Source: Candidatus Latescibacterota bacterium (GTDB lineage: Bacteria; Latescibacterota; UBA2968; UBA8231). From it: 64,000 nucleotides of DNA. The stretch spans positions 192,001 through 256,000 of the forward strand of contig CBDAOB010000002.1 in NCBI GenBank assembly GCA_965197905.1, read 5' to 3'. Every line of letters starts with the position of its first letter. The stretch's first letter is position 1. Below are positions 10,401-19,194 of this stretch, piece by piece. The notes under the pieces were generated by a model. That model was not told the DNA's origin. It searched no databases and saw only the letters and a program-made list of their open reading frames with translations. The translations under genes and the position numbers were made by a program.

Positions 10401-10818
10401 GACGGTGGACTCGCTGATCGTCGCCTGGCCCTCGGGGCAGGTGGATGTGATCACCGACCTGGCCGTCGATCAGATCATCCGGGTCACCGAAGGGCAGGGA
10501 CATGTGACCGCGGTGGAAGAGGTCGTGGGGGCCGGCCCGCAAAGGTTTGAGCTGGATCAGAACTATCCGAATCCGTTCAACTCGGGTACCGTCATTCGAT
10601 TTGCGGTGCCGACAAGCGGTGAGGTGGAGCTGGCGGTCTACAACCTGGCGGGACAGAAGGTTGTACACCTGGTGCAGGGGTTGCGGGAGGCGGGTCAGTA
10701 CGTCTTGCGCTGGGACGGCAGGAATGGCGCCGGCCACGAATTGGCCAGCGGTGTCTACTTCTATCGGTTGCGGGCGGGGGATCAGGTTGACACGCGCAAG
10801 CTGCTGCTGCTGCAGTAA
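7489..10818 (+). CDS. FG-GAP/VCBS repeat + ASPIC-UnbV (CRTAC1-like) protein, two propeller modules and a C-terminal FlgD/T9SS-type-A-like domain; probably 5'-truncated
   Basis: Many D(Y/F)DNDGxxD loops, two 'NRxGIGA...FGL...WPSG' UnbV domains, 'QNYPNPFN' CTD; no signal peptide, begins mid-blade. Confidence 0.9.
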   Translation: MWVFLMPRLLRAPPSNAVFVDYNNDGFQDVFFAEFQTRQIGLFQNTGDGRLIDMTSAIPSELVPQGGILADYDNDGDEDLYLAVSNPDRNLLLRNDRGLFTQVTFDAEAAPLISADAIWLDYDRDGHLDLYTSRFFGNPLRGNRLFRNNGAGLFVDRTAASGLDSLFHPQGGGSIGGMAGGDFNNDGQGGFVDATTSEIADEGLALDLAVGDIDNDGDLDIFQTATADDIEVDESRNLMLLNLGDGQFLDVTEGVGLGVSILGSSAIGAVFADVDNDGDLDLIIGISRTRSGFENFLLLNDGSGIFTDATDQSGIEQLGGDLAVGDFDEDGFVDLFYPSYTRGRASFYRNNGNNNHWLRVELIGIESNRNGIGARLFADAGDLRQMREILGGLGRQQDEKVAHFGLAQHTQVDRLEIRWPSGQVDVLENIPADRKIRVFEGRGGYQVVEPTRWEHSLPAVVLEGETVTFAASVRPALFEPDAEVLSATLDLSAFGGSAAQPLTRSADGSYTVEASFTVGPSMDVPTISVLIEQSTSLGPHWVRLDAAIKVAPAPVPGQTFTDVAALAGVHGPHGTALWGDYDGDGDQDLFLGNAKFATRFYRNNGDGSFTDVADLVGVDSRLTASWGAFSDYDNDGDLDLFVIRFPTRQLYQNDGDGTFVEVAATAGVDQGRFNTSPSWSDYDLDGDVDLYVGRNSFFENQADGTFIDVAAARGFDGGDGLGSFSFWADYDNDGDPDLFLGNQRNPARLYRNEREGEAFTDVTEASGIGAFFGDFGTVSPAWGDYDNDGFLDLGLTEAAREGAAGENNSWLFRNNRDGTFRDVTETAGIDQKGDGSGIDWGDYDGDGLLDLLLTSSEDGNRLYRNQADGTFADVAVSTGVDRPHSAGAAWVDFDTDGDLDIHLYQTIGPRLYRNDGKSRRWLQVQAAGRQSNRSGIGAVATAVTGSHRQRRDLASQGGKTMPMEFGLGDATTVDSLIVAWPSGQVDVITDLAVDQIIRVTEGQGHVTAVEEVVGAGPQRFELDQNYPNPFNSGTVIRFAVPTSGEVELAVYNLAGQKVVHLVQGLREAGQYVLRWDGRNGAGHELASGVYFYRLRAGDQVDTRKLLLLQ

Positions 10819-10821
10819 GGA

Positions 10822-11112
10822 TCAGAACTTGATGGCCGCTACGATCAATCCACCCATGCCAATCATTGTCGTAATGAGCACGGTGAAACGGGAATCGATG
10901 CGTCGGTTTGTTTCGTCGATGCGGCCGTTCAGGGTGCCTACGTCCTGCCGAAGGTCCTGGCGCAGATCCTGGATTTGAGCTTGAAGTCCTTGATTACCGC
11001 TATTCATGTCCTGGCGCAGAGCCTGGATATCCTCGCGCAGATAGGATATGCCCCAACGAAAGTCCTCTGGAGGTTTCGATGAGGGTGATTTCGGATCAGA
11101 TGTTTCAGACAT
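10822..11112 (-). CDS. Small coiled-coil protein with C-terminal TM anchor, paralog B
   Basis: MSETSDPKSP...FRWGISYLREDIQ...RIDETNRRIDSRF plus TM; ATG at 11112 with GGAG SD. Confidence 0.8.
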   Translation of the reverse strand: MSETSDPKSPSSKPPEDFRWGISYLREDIQALRQDMNSGNQGLQAQIQDLRQDLRQDVGTLNGRIDETNRRIDSRFTVLITTMIGMGGLIVAAIKF

Positions 11113-11168
11113 GATATGCTCCAGTGGGAATATACAAACGTTGCTCTGCGAAAACCAAGGCAAGTAAC

Positions 11169-11185
11169 AGCAGATCATGTGCCAG
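11169..11185 (-). promoter_or_regulatory. Sigma54-like promoter for paralog B
   Basis: Minus strand CTGGCACATGATCTGCT (GG-N10-GC). Confidence 0.7.
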
Positions 11186-11508
11186 CATTCTCCAGGCGGA
11201 ACGGCATTGTGGAAGTATGTCGACTGTGTCAATTCCTCTCCACTTCCGGGTACTTCGCATGACACGCGGCGTCGCGCACTGGAAGCCGTGCCTCGCGCGA
11301 CGGCGCCGGTCGCACTGCCGCACCGCCCACGTCGTCATTGATGTGGCGTCTCCTGTTTGACCAGACTGTCGATAACACCAATTTTCACCAGAAATACGGC
11401 AAGCGGTTTCTCCATGCGAGAGCGAGCTTCGTGCTGACGGCGTTTTCAAGCACGTAGGAGAAGCCATCGAACAACAAAGTCACTGCTTCATCACCCACGG
11501 AGACAACG

Positions 11509-11967
11509 ATGCAATACCTCATCATCAATAAGAAGAAGGTGTCTCTTGAAGGGGTTGATCCGCAGACGCCGTTATTGTGGTTTCTGCGTGATCACCTCGG
11601 TTTAACGGGAACAAAATACGGCTGCGGAATGTCGCTCTGCGGTGCGTGCACGGTTCATCTCGGAGGAAATGCGGTGCGCTCATGTACCCTACCGGTGGCG
11701 GCGGTGGGCGGGCAGGAGGTAACCACCATCGAAGGGCTTTCTGCAGCTGGCGATCATCCGGTGCAGAAGGCGTGGCAGGATCTCGACGTTCCTCAGTGTG
11801 GGTACTGTCAGCCGGGGCAAATCATGTCCGCATCAGCTCTTCTTGCCGAGAACTCCAATCCGAGTGACGATGAGATCACCGCCGTCATGTCCGGCAACAT
11901 CTGTCGCTGTGGCACTTACCAGAGAATTCACGCGGCGATTCAGAAGGCGGCGGAGGAAATGCAATGA
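11509..11967 (+). CDS. iorA: Isoquinoline-1-oxidoreductase-like alpha subunit, (2Fe-2S)-binding
   Basis: 'GTKYGCGxxxCGAC', 'QCGYC', 'CRC'. Confidence 0.9.
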   Translation: MQYLIINKKKVSLEGVDPQTPLLWFLRDHLGLTGTKYGCGMSLCGACTVHLGGNAVRSCTLPVAAVGGQEVTTIEGLSAAGDHPVQKAWQDLDVPQCGYCQPGQIMSASALLAENSNPSDDEITAVMSGNICRCGTYQRIHAAIQKAAEEMQ

Positions 11968-14207
11968 ACCCTATCGTCAAGATCGAGCGTCGGGACTTTC
12001 TGAAGGGTTTCGTTGGATTGAGTGGTGGATTGCTTCTGGGTATCAGGCCGTCGCGGGCGAGAGCGGAAACTTCGGGACAAATTCCCTGGTCACCGAATGT
12101 CTTTCTTTCCCTGGACATCGATGGTCTCGTTACCATCATCGCCCATCGTTCTGAAATGGGTACCGGGATACGAACCTGTCTGCCAGCCATCGTCGCAGAC
12201 GAATTGGGAGCCGAATGGTCCCGAGTCAAAATCGAACAGGCGATCGGCGACGAGAAGTACGGATCACAGAACACGGATGGATCCAGGAGCGTACGGAATT
12301 TTTTCGAAGCCATGAGGGTGGCTGGAGCAACAGCCAGAACCATGCTGGAACGAGCGGCAGCCGCCGAGTGGGGTGTAGACGCCTCCAGCGTAATGGTGTC
12401 CAGACACGAAATCAGGCACGCCAGCGGAAAAACGGCTCGATTTGCCGACATGGTGACCAAAGCTGCCGCCTTGCCTGTACCTGATCCGGAGGAATTGACC
12501 TATCGATCACCGAGTGCTTACCGCTATATCGGCAAAGACTTTCCGGTCGTGGATCGAGCCGATATCACTACGGGGACAGCCGAGTTCGGAATGGACGTGC
12601 AGATCGATGGCATGAAATACGCGGCTGTCGCCCGCTGTCCGGTCATTGGGGGAGGGGTCGTCTCCTTCGACGCCACAGAGGCGCTGGCGACCGCCGGTGT
12701 AGAGCAAGTGGTACAGCTTCCAGAGCCGGATGCCCCGCTTGCGTTTCACGCGCTTGGTGGCGTGGCCGTCATCGCGACCAACACCTGGGCTGCCTTCCAG
12801 GGCAAGTCCAAACTGCGAGTCGAATGGGATTACGGAGCGAATGCGGACTACGACTCGGACAGTTTCAGGGAGGCTCTCACAGAAACGGTGAATAAACCGG
12901 GTGAGGTAGCACGATCCCGAGGGGATGTCGATGGAGCGATGGCGGTTGCTCCAGCACAACATGCAGCGGAGTACCATCTCCCGCATCTGGCGCACGCTCC
13001 GATGGAGCCGCCGGCTGCCACGGCCAGGGTGGCTGGCGATCGATGCGAGGCGTGGGCAGCGACGCAGAATCCCCAGGCCGCCCAGGGGGAATTGGCGCAA
13101 GTCCTGGGATTGCAAAAGAAAAATGTCATCGTGCACGTGACCCTTCTGGGAGGTGGATTCGGGCGCAAGTCAAAACCAGATTTTGTTGCCGAGGCGGCCC
13201 TTTTGTCCAGAGAGATAAACCTGCCCGTAAAGGTAGTCTGGTCGCGTGAGGACGATATCCAGTTCGACTACTATCACGCGGTTGCCGCCTGTCGCATTGA
13301 GGCCGGTTTGGACGAAGCTGGCAAACCACTGGCGATGTTGATGCGCAGTGCTTTCCCTCCCATCGGCTCTACATTCGAAACCGGTGCTGATACGCCGGCG
13401 GATTGGGAAATGGGGTTCGGATTCTCGGACGTTCCTTTCGACGTTCCGAATATTCGTTGCGAGAAAGGCAAGGCGAAAGCCCACGTGCGCATCGGTTGGC
13501 TGCGTTCAGTCTGCAACATCTACCACGCCTTTGCCGTATCATCCTTCGCGGACGAGCTGGCGGCAAGGGCCGGGGCGGATCCGCTCGAATATCTACTCGA
13601 GCTAATCGGCTCCCCACGAAAGATCGATCTGGCGGCAGAGGGAGCGAAGTATTCAAACTACGGGGCTTCGATCGAGAAATTTCCCATCGATACAGGTCGT
13701 TTGCGTCACGTAACCGAGCAGGCAGCGAAAAATTCGGGTTGGGGGCGGCAGCTGCCTCGCGGCCGCAGTCTCGGCATCGCGTCTCATCGCAGCTTTCTCA
13801 CCTACGTAGCCAACGTTGTCGAAGTAGAGGTAACCAAGGATGGGCAGGTCAACATTCCCCGGGTTGACGTGGTCGCTGACCTCGGACTCGTGATTAATCC
13901 GGATCGCGTCAAAGCGCAGTTCGAAGGTTCAGCAGTATTCGGGGCGAGCTTGGCCCTCAACGGAGAGATTACGGCAAAGCGCGGACGTGTGGTTCAGTCC
14001 AACTTCCACGATTACAAGGTTTGTCGCATGAACGAGGCTCCGCGGCAGGTCCATGTCCATCTGGTGGATAGCGTCGAACCACCGGCGGGAGCGGGGGAGC
14101 CGGGCGTTCCTCCTTTTGCCCCTGCCCTGGCCAACGCCATCTTTGCGGCCACCGGAAAGAGGGTTCGCAGCTTGCCGCTGTCGGCTCACGATCTGTCCTG
14201 GTCTTAG
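11964..14207 (+). CDS. iorB: Isoquinoline-1-oxidoreductase-like molybdopterin beta subunit, Tat-exported
   Basis: Tat 'ERRDFLK', 'SEMGTG', 'LGGGFGRK', 'WLRSV', 'GAGEPG'; ATGA overlap. Confidence 0.9.
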   Translation: MNPIVKIERRDFLKGFVGLSGGLLLGIRPSRARAETSGQIPWSPNVFLSLDIDGLVTIIAHRSEMGTGIRTCLPAIVADELGAEWSRVKIEQAIGDEKYGSQNTDGSRSVRNFFEAMRVAGATARTMLERAAAAEWGVDASSVMVSRHEIRHASGKTARFADMVTKAAALPVPDPEELTYRSPSAYRYIGKDFPVVDRADITTGTAEFGMDVQIDGMKYAAVARCPVIGGGVVSFDATEALATAGVEQVVQLPEPDAPLAFHALGGVAVIATNTWAAFQGKSKLRVEWDYGANADYDSDSFREALTETVNKPGEVARSRGDVDGAMAVAPAQHAAEYHLPHLAHAPMEPPAATARVAGDRCEAWAATQNPQAAQGELAQVLGLQKKNVIVHVTLLGGGFGRKSKPDFVAEAALLSREINLPVKVVWSREDDIQFDYYHAVAACRIEAGLDEAGKPLAMLMRSAFPPIGSTFETGADTPADWEMGFGFSDVPFDVPNIRCEKGKAKAHVRIGWLRSVCNIYHAFAVSSFADELAARAGADPLEYLLELIGSPRKIDLAAEGAKYSNYGASIEKFPIDTGRLRHVTEQAAKNSGWGRQLPRGRSLGIASHRSFLTYVANVVEVEVTKDGQVNIPRVDVVADLGLVINPDRVKAQFEGSAVFGASLALNGEITAKRGRVVQSNFHDYKVCRMNEAPRQVHVHLVDSVEPPAGAGEPGVPPFAPALANAIFAATGKRVRSLPLSAHDLSWS

Positions 14208-14366
14208 TGCTCTGTTCAACATCTATCCTTGTATTTCGCCGCCTATGCACCCCGGCTGGCCGCGTTTCGCTCGCTCGCCATATTCCACCAATATGGCTCG
14301 CTCGCGCGCCTTGCCAGCCCGGCGCCTCGACGCCGAAATCTCAAGGCTTTCTATTGAACAGAGCAC
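14207..14366. mobile_element. MITE/REP-like nested palindrome (~160 bp)
   Basis: Perfect 13-bp terminal inverted repeats GTGCTCTGTTCAA/TTGAACAGAGCAC, nested internal IRs, TAG/CTAG flanks. Confidence 0.7.
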
Positions 14367-14398
14367 CTAGTCGCGTCTGGTGACGGGCGCGCTTGTAC

Positions 14399-15214
14399 CT
14401 AATCGTAAGGCCAGAATTGATTCCACGCCGTCATCCAATCCTCAGCGCGGCTTTCTGCGGTTAGCGCCCCCGTGATCTCGACGCCAGCGCGTCCTTTGAA
14501 GTCGGCCAGTTGGTCGACAGTGCCCGTTTCGATCTTGATGGTTGTGGGTTTAGCCGGCACATAGGGCGGTACAACCGTTAGGTCGGTGAGGGCGTTCTTG
14601 GCACCGTCTTCAATCATCTGACGCGCGCGCAAGGGCGGAATCTGGCGCGCACTGTAGCGGCTCAGTCCTTTCTTCACCGCCACTGTCGGCAATCGATCAC
14701 CCAGCAATTCGCGGGCTTCGCGGCACACAGCTTCGTCGCCGGTTACGAGGACAACCGGAACCCCATAGTGACCGTTGAGGGCAGCGTTGACCCCTGTTTC
14801 TCCTACCAGGTCGTCGTTGAACCACAGGTTGTGGTAGGTGACCCCCGATATGGTGTGGCAGAGGACACCGTCTGGCGTGTTGTTGCGCGCATGCATGCCC
14901 ACCAGCAGGCAGGCATCGCAGCCCTCCTGCCACATCTCGGTGTAGCGACCCCACACATGATGGGCGACCCACTCGCAGTCAGGGTCGAGCTGCTCGGGGA
15001 TTAGCGAGTTAAAGGTCCAGCCCTTACCTGCACCATGGCAGTCGACCACGACGATACGCGTGGCGCCGCCAGCTTTGGCACCGCGCACGGCGGCGTTGAT
15101 CTCTTCGGTGTAGAGTCGGCGCCCTTCTTCGAACATGGCGTCTCCACCACGGACCTGCTCCCAGGCGACAATGCCGCTGACTCCTTCCATATCTGTCATG
15201 ATGAGAACCTGCAT
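14399..15214 (-). CDS. M55-family D-aminopeptidase (DppA-like)
   Basis: 'TDMEG', 'DCHG', 'GMH', 'HTI', 'GE' metal ligands. Confidence 0.9.
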   Translation of the reverse strand: MQVLIMTDMEGVSGIVAWEQVRGGDAMFEEGRRLYTEEINAAVRGAKAGGATRIVVVDCHGAGKGWTFNSLIPEQLDPDCEWVAHHVWGRYTEMWQEGCDACLLVGMHARNNTPDGVLCHTISGVTYHNLWFNDDLVGETGVNAALNGHYGVPVVLVTGDEAVCREARELLGDRLPTVAVKKGLSRYSARQIPPLRARQMIEDGAKNALTDLTVVPPYVPAKPTTIKIETGTVDQLADFKGRAGVEITGALTAESRAEDWMTAWNQFWPYD

Positions 15215-15398
15215 TCTGCGGCTCCTTCGTATCGCGGGAATCTATTCTTCCGGAGATATCATGTAGGCGGCAAGGTGGTACCAGCGCTTGACGTACGGCT
15301 GATTATCTCCGTTGCTCACGGGTGCCTCCAAATAAAGCTCCATTCGAAGCCAGGAAAAGGGGTTTCGCGTACCAGATGTTACTTTGAGGATTATCGAT

Positions 15399-17000
15399 AT
15401 GCACCGGTTGCTCTTGATACTCTGCCTGCTCTCCGCTCACCACCTCCTTGCACAGGTGGTGGTGATTCCCGAATACGAGACCGTCCGGTATCCGCAACCG
15501 CCGGTCCCGAAGGGTGAGTTTCAACAGCCCGATCTGTCGGGGGAGTTTCGACCGCTGCGGTTGACCACCGGAGACGTCACCTGGCACGACTACCTTGCGC
15601 CCAAGGTCCGCTTCACCCTGAATCAACGCGCGACCGTGTGGCTTGCCGTTTATCGACATTCCACAAGAACAGGACCGCGGGGGCCGCTTGGGGCATGGGT
15701 AATTATGGGACCGCAGGACCTTCTCGTGTACGTATCCACCGGACAGGCATTTGAGGCGGGTTCCCATTCACTACAATGGGATGGAAGGGACTGGCTCGGT
15801 CGCGACCTGACCTCTGGAGTGCACGGGTTCGACCTCATCGCCATCAACAATCTCGACAAGCCGGTCCTTGCCGGTCCGGCGGCGCGCGCTGGCTTCGGCC
15901 GCACCCTGATCGATACGCGGCACGATCCGCCGGAAATCTGGGTGCAGGAATCTGAGCGGCAGATGGACGAGCGGAGCCACCGCGCCGGCGACATGATTCG
16001 CGGCACCCTGGGTACAGATTACATCGCCGATCCAACAGCCTGGGAGCGCTGGTCCTACAACGAGGTTCTGGACTTCGACGGTGCCCGCACCATCAGTATG
16101 CAGCTGGACGATCAGGACACCGAGGTCTACTGGACGACCCACAGAGGGTACCATGACCAGCCACACCGGGCCCGCCTGGATCGCGAGCGGGGCGGGCTCT
16201 ACAAGATGCGTATCGATCGCGCCGCCAGGCGTTGGATCCCGGACGCCACGTTCGCCGACAACGGATTTGCCCGGAGCAAGGAAAACCGGATGATGGATAT
16301 CAAACCGTGGCGCGATGTGGTCTACGCCGCACACCAAGGTCAGGTCATTGGCGATCCTGTGTGTACGGTGGAGGCCTGGAGCAAGGAGACAGGAGAGATC
16401 ATTCGTGAGATCGATGTCACTGAGTATTTCACCCTGGTCAAGGTGCAAAACGGCAAACCGCTGGGCGGCATCCCTTCCGGTCCGATGTACCTGGGCGTCA
16501 ACAATCACGGCATCTGGATGACCAGCTGGAGTGGCGGCACGCCGATCGTTTTCTCGGATCACACCGGCCACGTCAAATGGGTCAACCGCTTTGGAGACCG
16601 GTTCGGAGACCACCTGTCGATTGAAGAGGCTACGGACACCGGTTTGCCGGCATCGGGAGGTCACAACCTGCAGATCGAGCCAGACCCCAGTGGCCGTGCG
16701 GTGTTCTTCGCCACGGGAGGCAACGATCGCGGGGCCTATTTCTCCGCCCTTGGCCGCGACGGGGCTGGCCTTTTCGATCTCTTATTCGAAGAAAGGCTCG
16801 TCCCCGGACCTGAATCGGGTCGGCTCACCATCGTCAAAGAGGACGGGCCGTACGATGGAATCTATTGCGCCATGGGCACCCATCATCTGGTGACCGGGCA
16901 AGCCGGTTACCCGGAGGGCGAAAAATACGGCCCCGGGATGCTACTCCATATTCCGTACAACCTGGTGTCGGGGAAACTCCATCGAGTCCGCTCGAAATAA
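15399..17000 (+). CDS. Exported hypothetical protein, N-terminal FlgD-like Ig domain + probable beta-propeller
   Basis: Signal peptide 'MHRLLLILCLLSAHHLLAQ'; 'GSHSLQWDGRD..G..LTSG'. Confidence 0.7.
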   Translation: MHRLLLILCLLSAHHLLAQVVVIPEYETVRYPQPPVPKGEFQQPDLSGEFRPLRLTTGDVTWHDYLAPKVRFTLNQRATVWLAVYRHSTRTGPRGPLGAWVIMGPQDLLVYVSTGQAFEAGSHSLQWDGRDWLGRDLTSGVHGFDLIAINNLDKPVLAGPAARAGFGRTLIDTRHDPPEIWVQESERQMDERSHRAGDMIRGTLGTDYIADPTAWERWSYNEVLDFDGARTISMQLDDQDTEVYWTTHRGYHDQPHRARLDRERGGLYKMRIDRAARRWIPDATFADNGFARSKENRMMDIKPWRDVVYAAHQGQVIGDPVCTVEAWSKETGEIIREIDVTEYFTLVKVQNGKPLGGIPSGPMYLGVNNHGIWMTSWSGGTPIVFSDHTGHVKWVNRFGDRFGDHLSIEEATDTGLPASGGHNLQIEPDPSGRAVFFATGGNDRGAYFSALGRDGAGLFDLLFEERLVPGPESGRLTIVKEDGPYDGIYCAMGTHHLVTGQAGYPEGEKYGPGMLLHIPYNLVSGKLHRVRSK

Positions 17001-17032
17001 CGTGGATTTTTTTATCGAAGCCTTGCATCCTT

Positions 17033-17056
17033 AAAAAAAGCCGTGTGGCGTCGGCT
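17033..17056 (-). terminator. Rho-independent terminator
   Basis: Minus strand AGCCG-N8-CGGCT running into a T tract, just downstream of the minus-strand operon. Confidence 0.6.
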
Positions 17057-17104
17057 GTTGGTCGGAGTCGAAGGAGGTGTAGCGGTTGTTGGCGGCGAGT
17101 CTGT

Positions 17105-18139
17105 TTACGATTCCAAGCGTTTGACAGACCCGTCGTAGAGAGCCTTCAGCTCGTCGCTGTAGGCGAACAAGGCGGGTGTTCCACCCGTATGAACGAAAAC
17201 GAGCGTGTCGTCGGCGCCCCAATCGCCTCGCGACACGTGATCGGCCAGACCGGCAAACGCCTTGCCCGAGTATACCGGATCCAGAATAACCCCTTCCGTT
17301 CGAGCGACCAACCCTAGTGCTTCATTGCCGGCTTGCGTAGCTACGCCGTACGCCGTTCCTGCGTACTCGCCGCAGCTCTCGAAATCGGCGGCGAGAAACT
17401 CGATATCCAGATCCAGCATGTCGCATATGCTGTTCGCCGTGGCGGCCAGCTCGGCGTTTTTCTCGGCGTTGTCGTGGGGATGGGGGCTGATGCCCACGGT
17501 GCGCACATCGAAGCCGATGGCCCTGGCGCCGACCGCCAGCCCGACGTGCGTGTGGATGCCGGAGCTCAAGTAGATGCCAGACGGGCGGATCTCGCGTTCC
17601 CTGATCTGGTCGTACAACTCGAGGAATCCATCCACGTACGAGACGCTGCGCAGCAGATAGCCGTCTGAACTTGTGTTGTAGACCTTGAGTCCTTGCGACT
17701 CAAGGTCCGCCACAATCCTCGCTACATCGTCGGGGGAGGAGGTCAAGCGAACCTCGGCTCCGAGTAGATGGGTAAGTAACAGATTTCCGTTGACGGGCTG
17801 GGCGTGATCGTCGCTACGGCCGACCATCACCGCTCGTTTGCCCAGTCGAGCTGCCAGGGCTGCCGTAAGTCTCGATTGGTTCGACTGCGAAGCAGCACCA
17901 TGCAGCAGAACATCGTACTCTTCGTTCACTGCGGGAGCACAGGAATACTCGAACTCACGCACCTTGTTCCCACCCAAGGCCAATCCCGTAAGGTCTTCAC
18001 GTTTTATGAGGATTCGCGGACCACCAAGGGCGGTGGACAGTCGCGGACACTCATCGAGCGGCGTGGGAAAGTGGCCCAGCTCGAGTTTGGAGAATCGGCG
18101 GAGTCGGTCGCGCAGTTGGTTGGGCGTGTACAGCGTCAT
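17105..18139 (-). CDS. D-cysteine desulfhydrase / ACC deaminase family PLP enzyme
   Basis: 'PTPL', 'KREDLTG..LGGNK', 'QSNQ', 'LDPVYSGK', 'HTGG'. Confidence 0.9.
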   Translation of the reverse strand: MTLYTPNQLRDRLRRFSKLELGHFPTPLDECPRLSTALGGPRILIKREDLTGLALGGNKVREFEYSCAPAVNEEYDVLLHGAASQSNQSRLTAALAARLGKRAVMVGRSDDHAQPVNGNLLLTHLLGAEVRLTSSPDDVARIVADLESQGLKVYNTSSDGYLLRSVSYVDGFLELYDQIREREIRPSGIYLSSGIHTHVGLAVGARAIGFDVRTVGISPHPHDNAEKNAELAATANSICDMLDLDIEFLAADFESCGEYAGTAYGVATQAGNEALGLVARTEGVILDPVYSGKAFAGLADHVSRGDWGADDTLVFVHTGGTPALFAYSDELKALYDGSVKRLES

Positions 18140-18229
18140 ATGCGGTGGGAGAACGAACGGCCGCGCCGAAGACTGCGTCAAGCAATCACTGCCAGCTTCG
18201 ACCCGGGAGGGACGTTGGAGTGCGCACCT

Positions 18230-19183
18230 TCAAGCGCCGTTGCCGGCGCCTTGGTCACGCCCGGCGCGAACCTCCTCGGCCGCTTTGCACGAACGCACGT
18301 GGGCCATATCCGGTGCCCTCTCGTACCCCTTCCAGGCGTACGGATCGCTGCCGGCAACTTGAATCACACCTCTCCAGTCGGACTTCGCCGAACTTTCTCC
18401 TTCTTTCAGTTGCCAAGGTAGCAGGCTCCAGCTGTTGCAGTAGTGGCTCACCAACACCCGACGGTAGATATCGCTGCGATTCTTGTAGGAATGGTGCAAC
18501 AAGTAGCCATTGAAAAAGACGACCCCACCGGCACCGACCTCCACTGGTACCTCACCGCTGCCATCGAATCCGTAGCTCTCCAGAGCGAAGTCGTATTCGT
18601 CCCGATCGTCATGTTCTCTCTGGGGATACAGGTACCCTTTCCGGTGGGAGTTTGGAAGGATGTACAGGCAGCCGTTTTCTTTGGTCGCGTCATCGACCGC
18701 GATCCATGCCCCAACGAGGGAGCGGTCACGGGTGGGAATGTAGACTTCGTCCTGATGCCATGCCTGGCCCTGAAAACCGGGGGGTTTGACGAAATACATC
18801 GACTGCATGCATTCGACGCTGCCGTCCCACTCGAGCAGGTGGGCTCCGGTTATCTGACTGAGGGCGCCACAGATTTGCGGGTGGCGCGCGTATTTCTCGA
18901 TGACGGGGCTGATGAATTGGGGGTGGTGGATGCAGAGAATGGATTCCAGCACCTCGCGGTCGCTATAATCGCTTGGCACCGGATCGATACCGCGGCACGG
19001 GTAGGCGCCGCGGGCAATGGCGATCAGATCCGTCGCCAGCTCCTCCAATTCTTCCGGGCGGACCATCTCCGGGACGACCAGGTATCCGTTTTCGACGTAG
19101 AACTCGACCTGGGTTTTGTCGAGAGGTTTCGGAACCTCGATCTCCGGTCCCGCCTTCATCAAGTTCATATCTTGCGTTTTCAT
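18230..19183 (-). CDS. PhyH-family dioxygenase
   Basis: 'KPPG..GQAWHQD', 'WIAVDDATKENGC', 'LLHHS'. Confidence 0.9.
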   Translation of the reverse strand: MKTQDMNLMKAGPEIEVPKPLDKTQVEFYVENGYLVVPEMVRPEELEELATDLIAIARGAYPCRGIDPVPSDYSDREVLESILCIHHPQFISPVIEKYARHPQICGALSQITGAHLLEWDGSVECMQSMYFVKPPGFQGQAWHQDEVYIPTRDRSLVGAWIAVDDATKENGCLYILPNSHRKGYLYPQREHDDRDEYDFALESYGFDGSGEVPVEVGAGGVVFFNGYLLHHSYKNRSDIYRRVLVSHYCNSWSLLPWQLKEGESSAKSDWRGVIQVAGSDPYAWKGYERAPDMAHVRSCKAAEEVRAGRDQGAGNGA

Positions 19184-19194
19184 TCGCTCAATAG

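Larger units (their letters stand above)
10711..11279. repeat. Copy 2 of the diverged direct repeat
   Basis: Same element order and spacing as copy 1. Confidence 0.85.
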
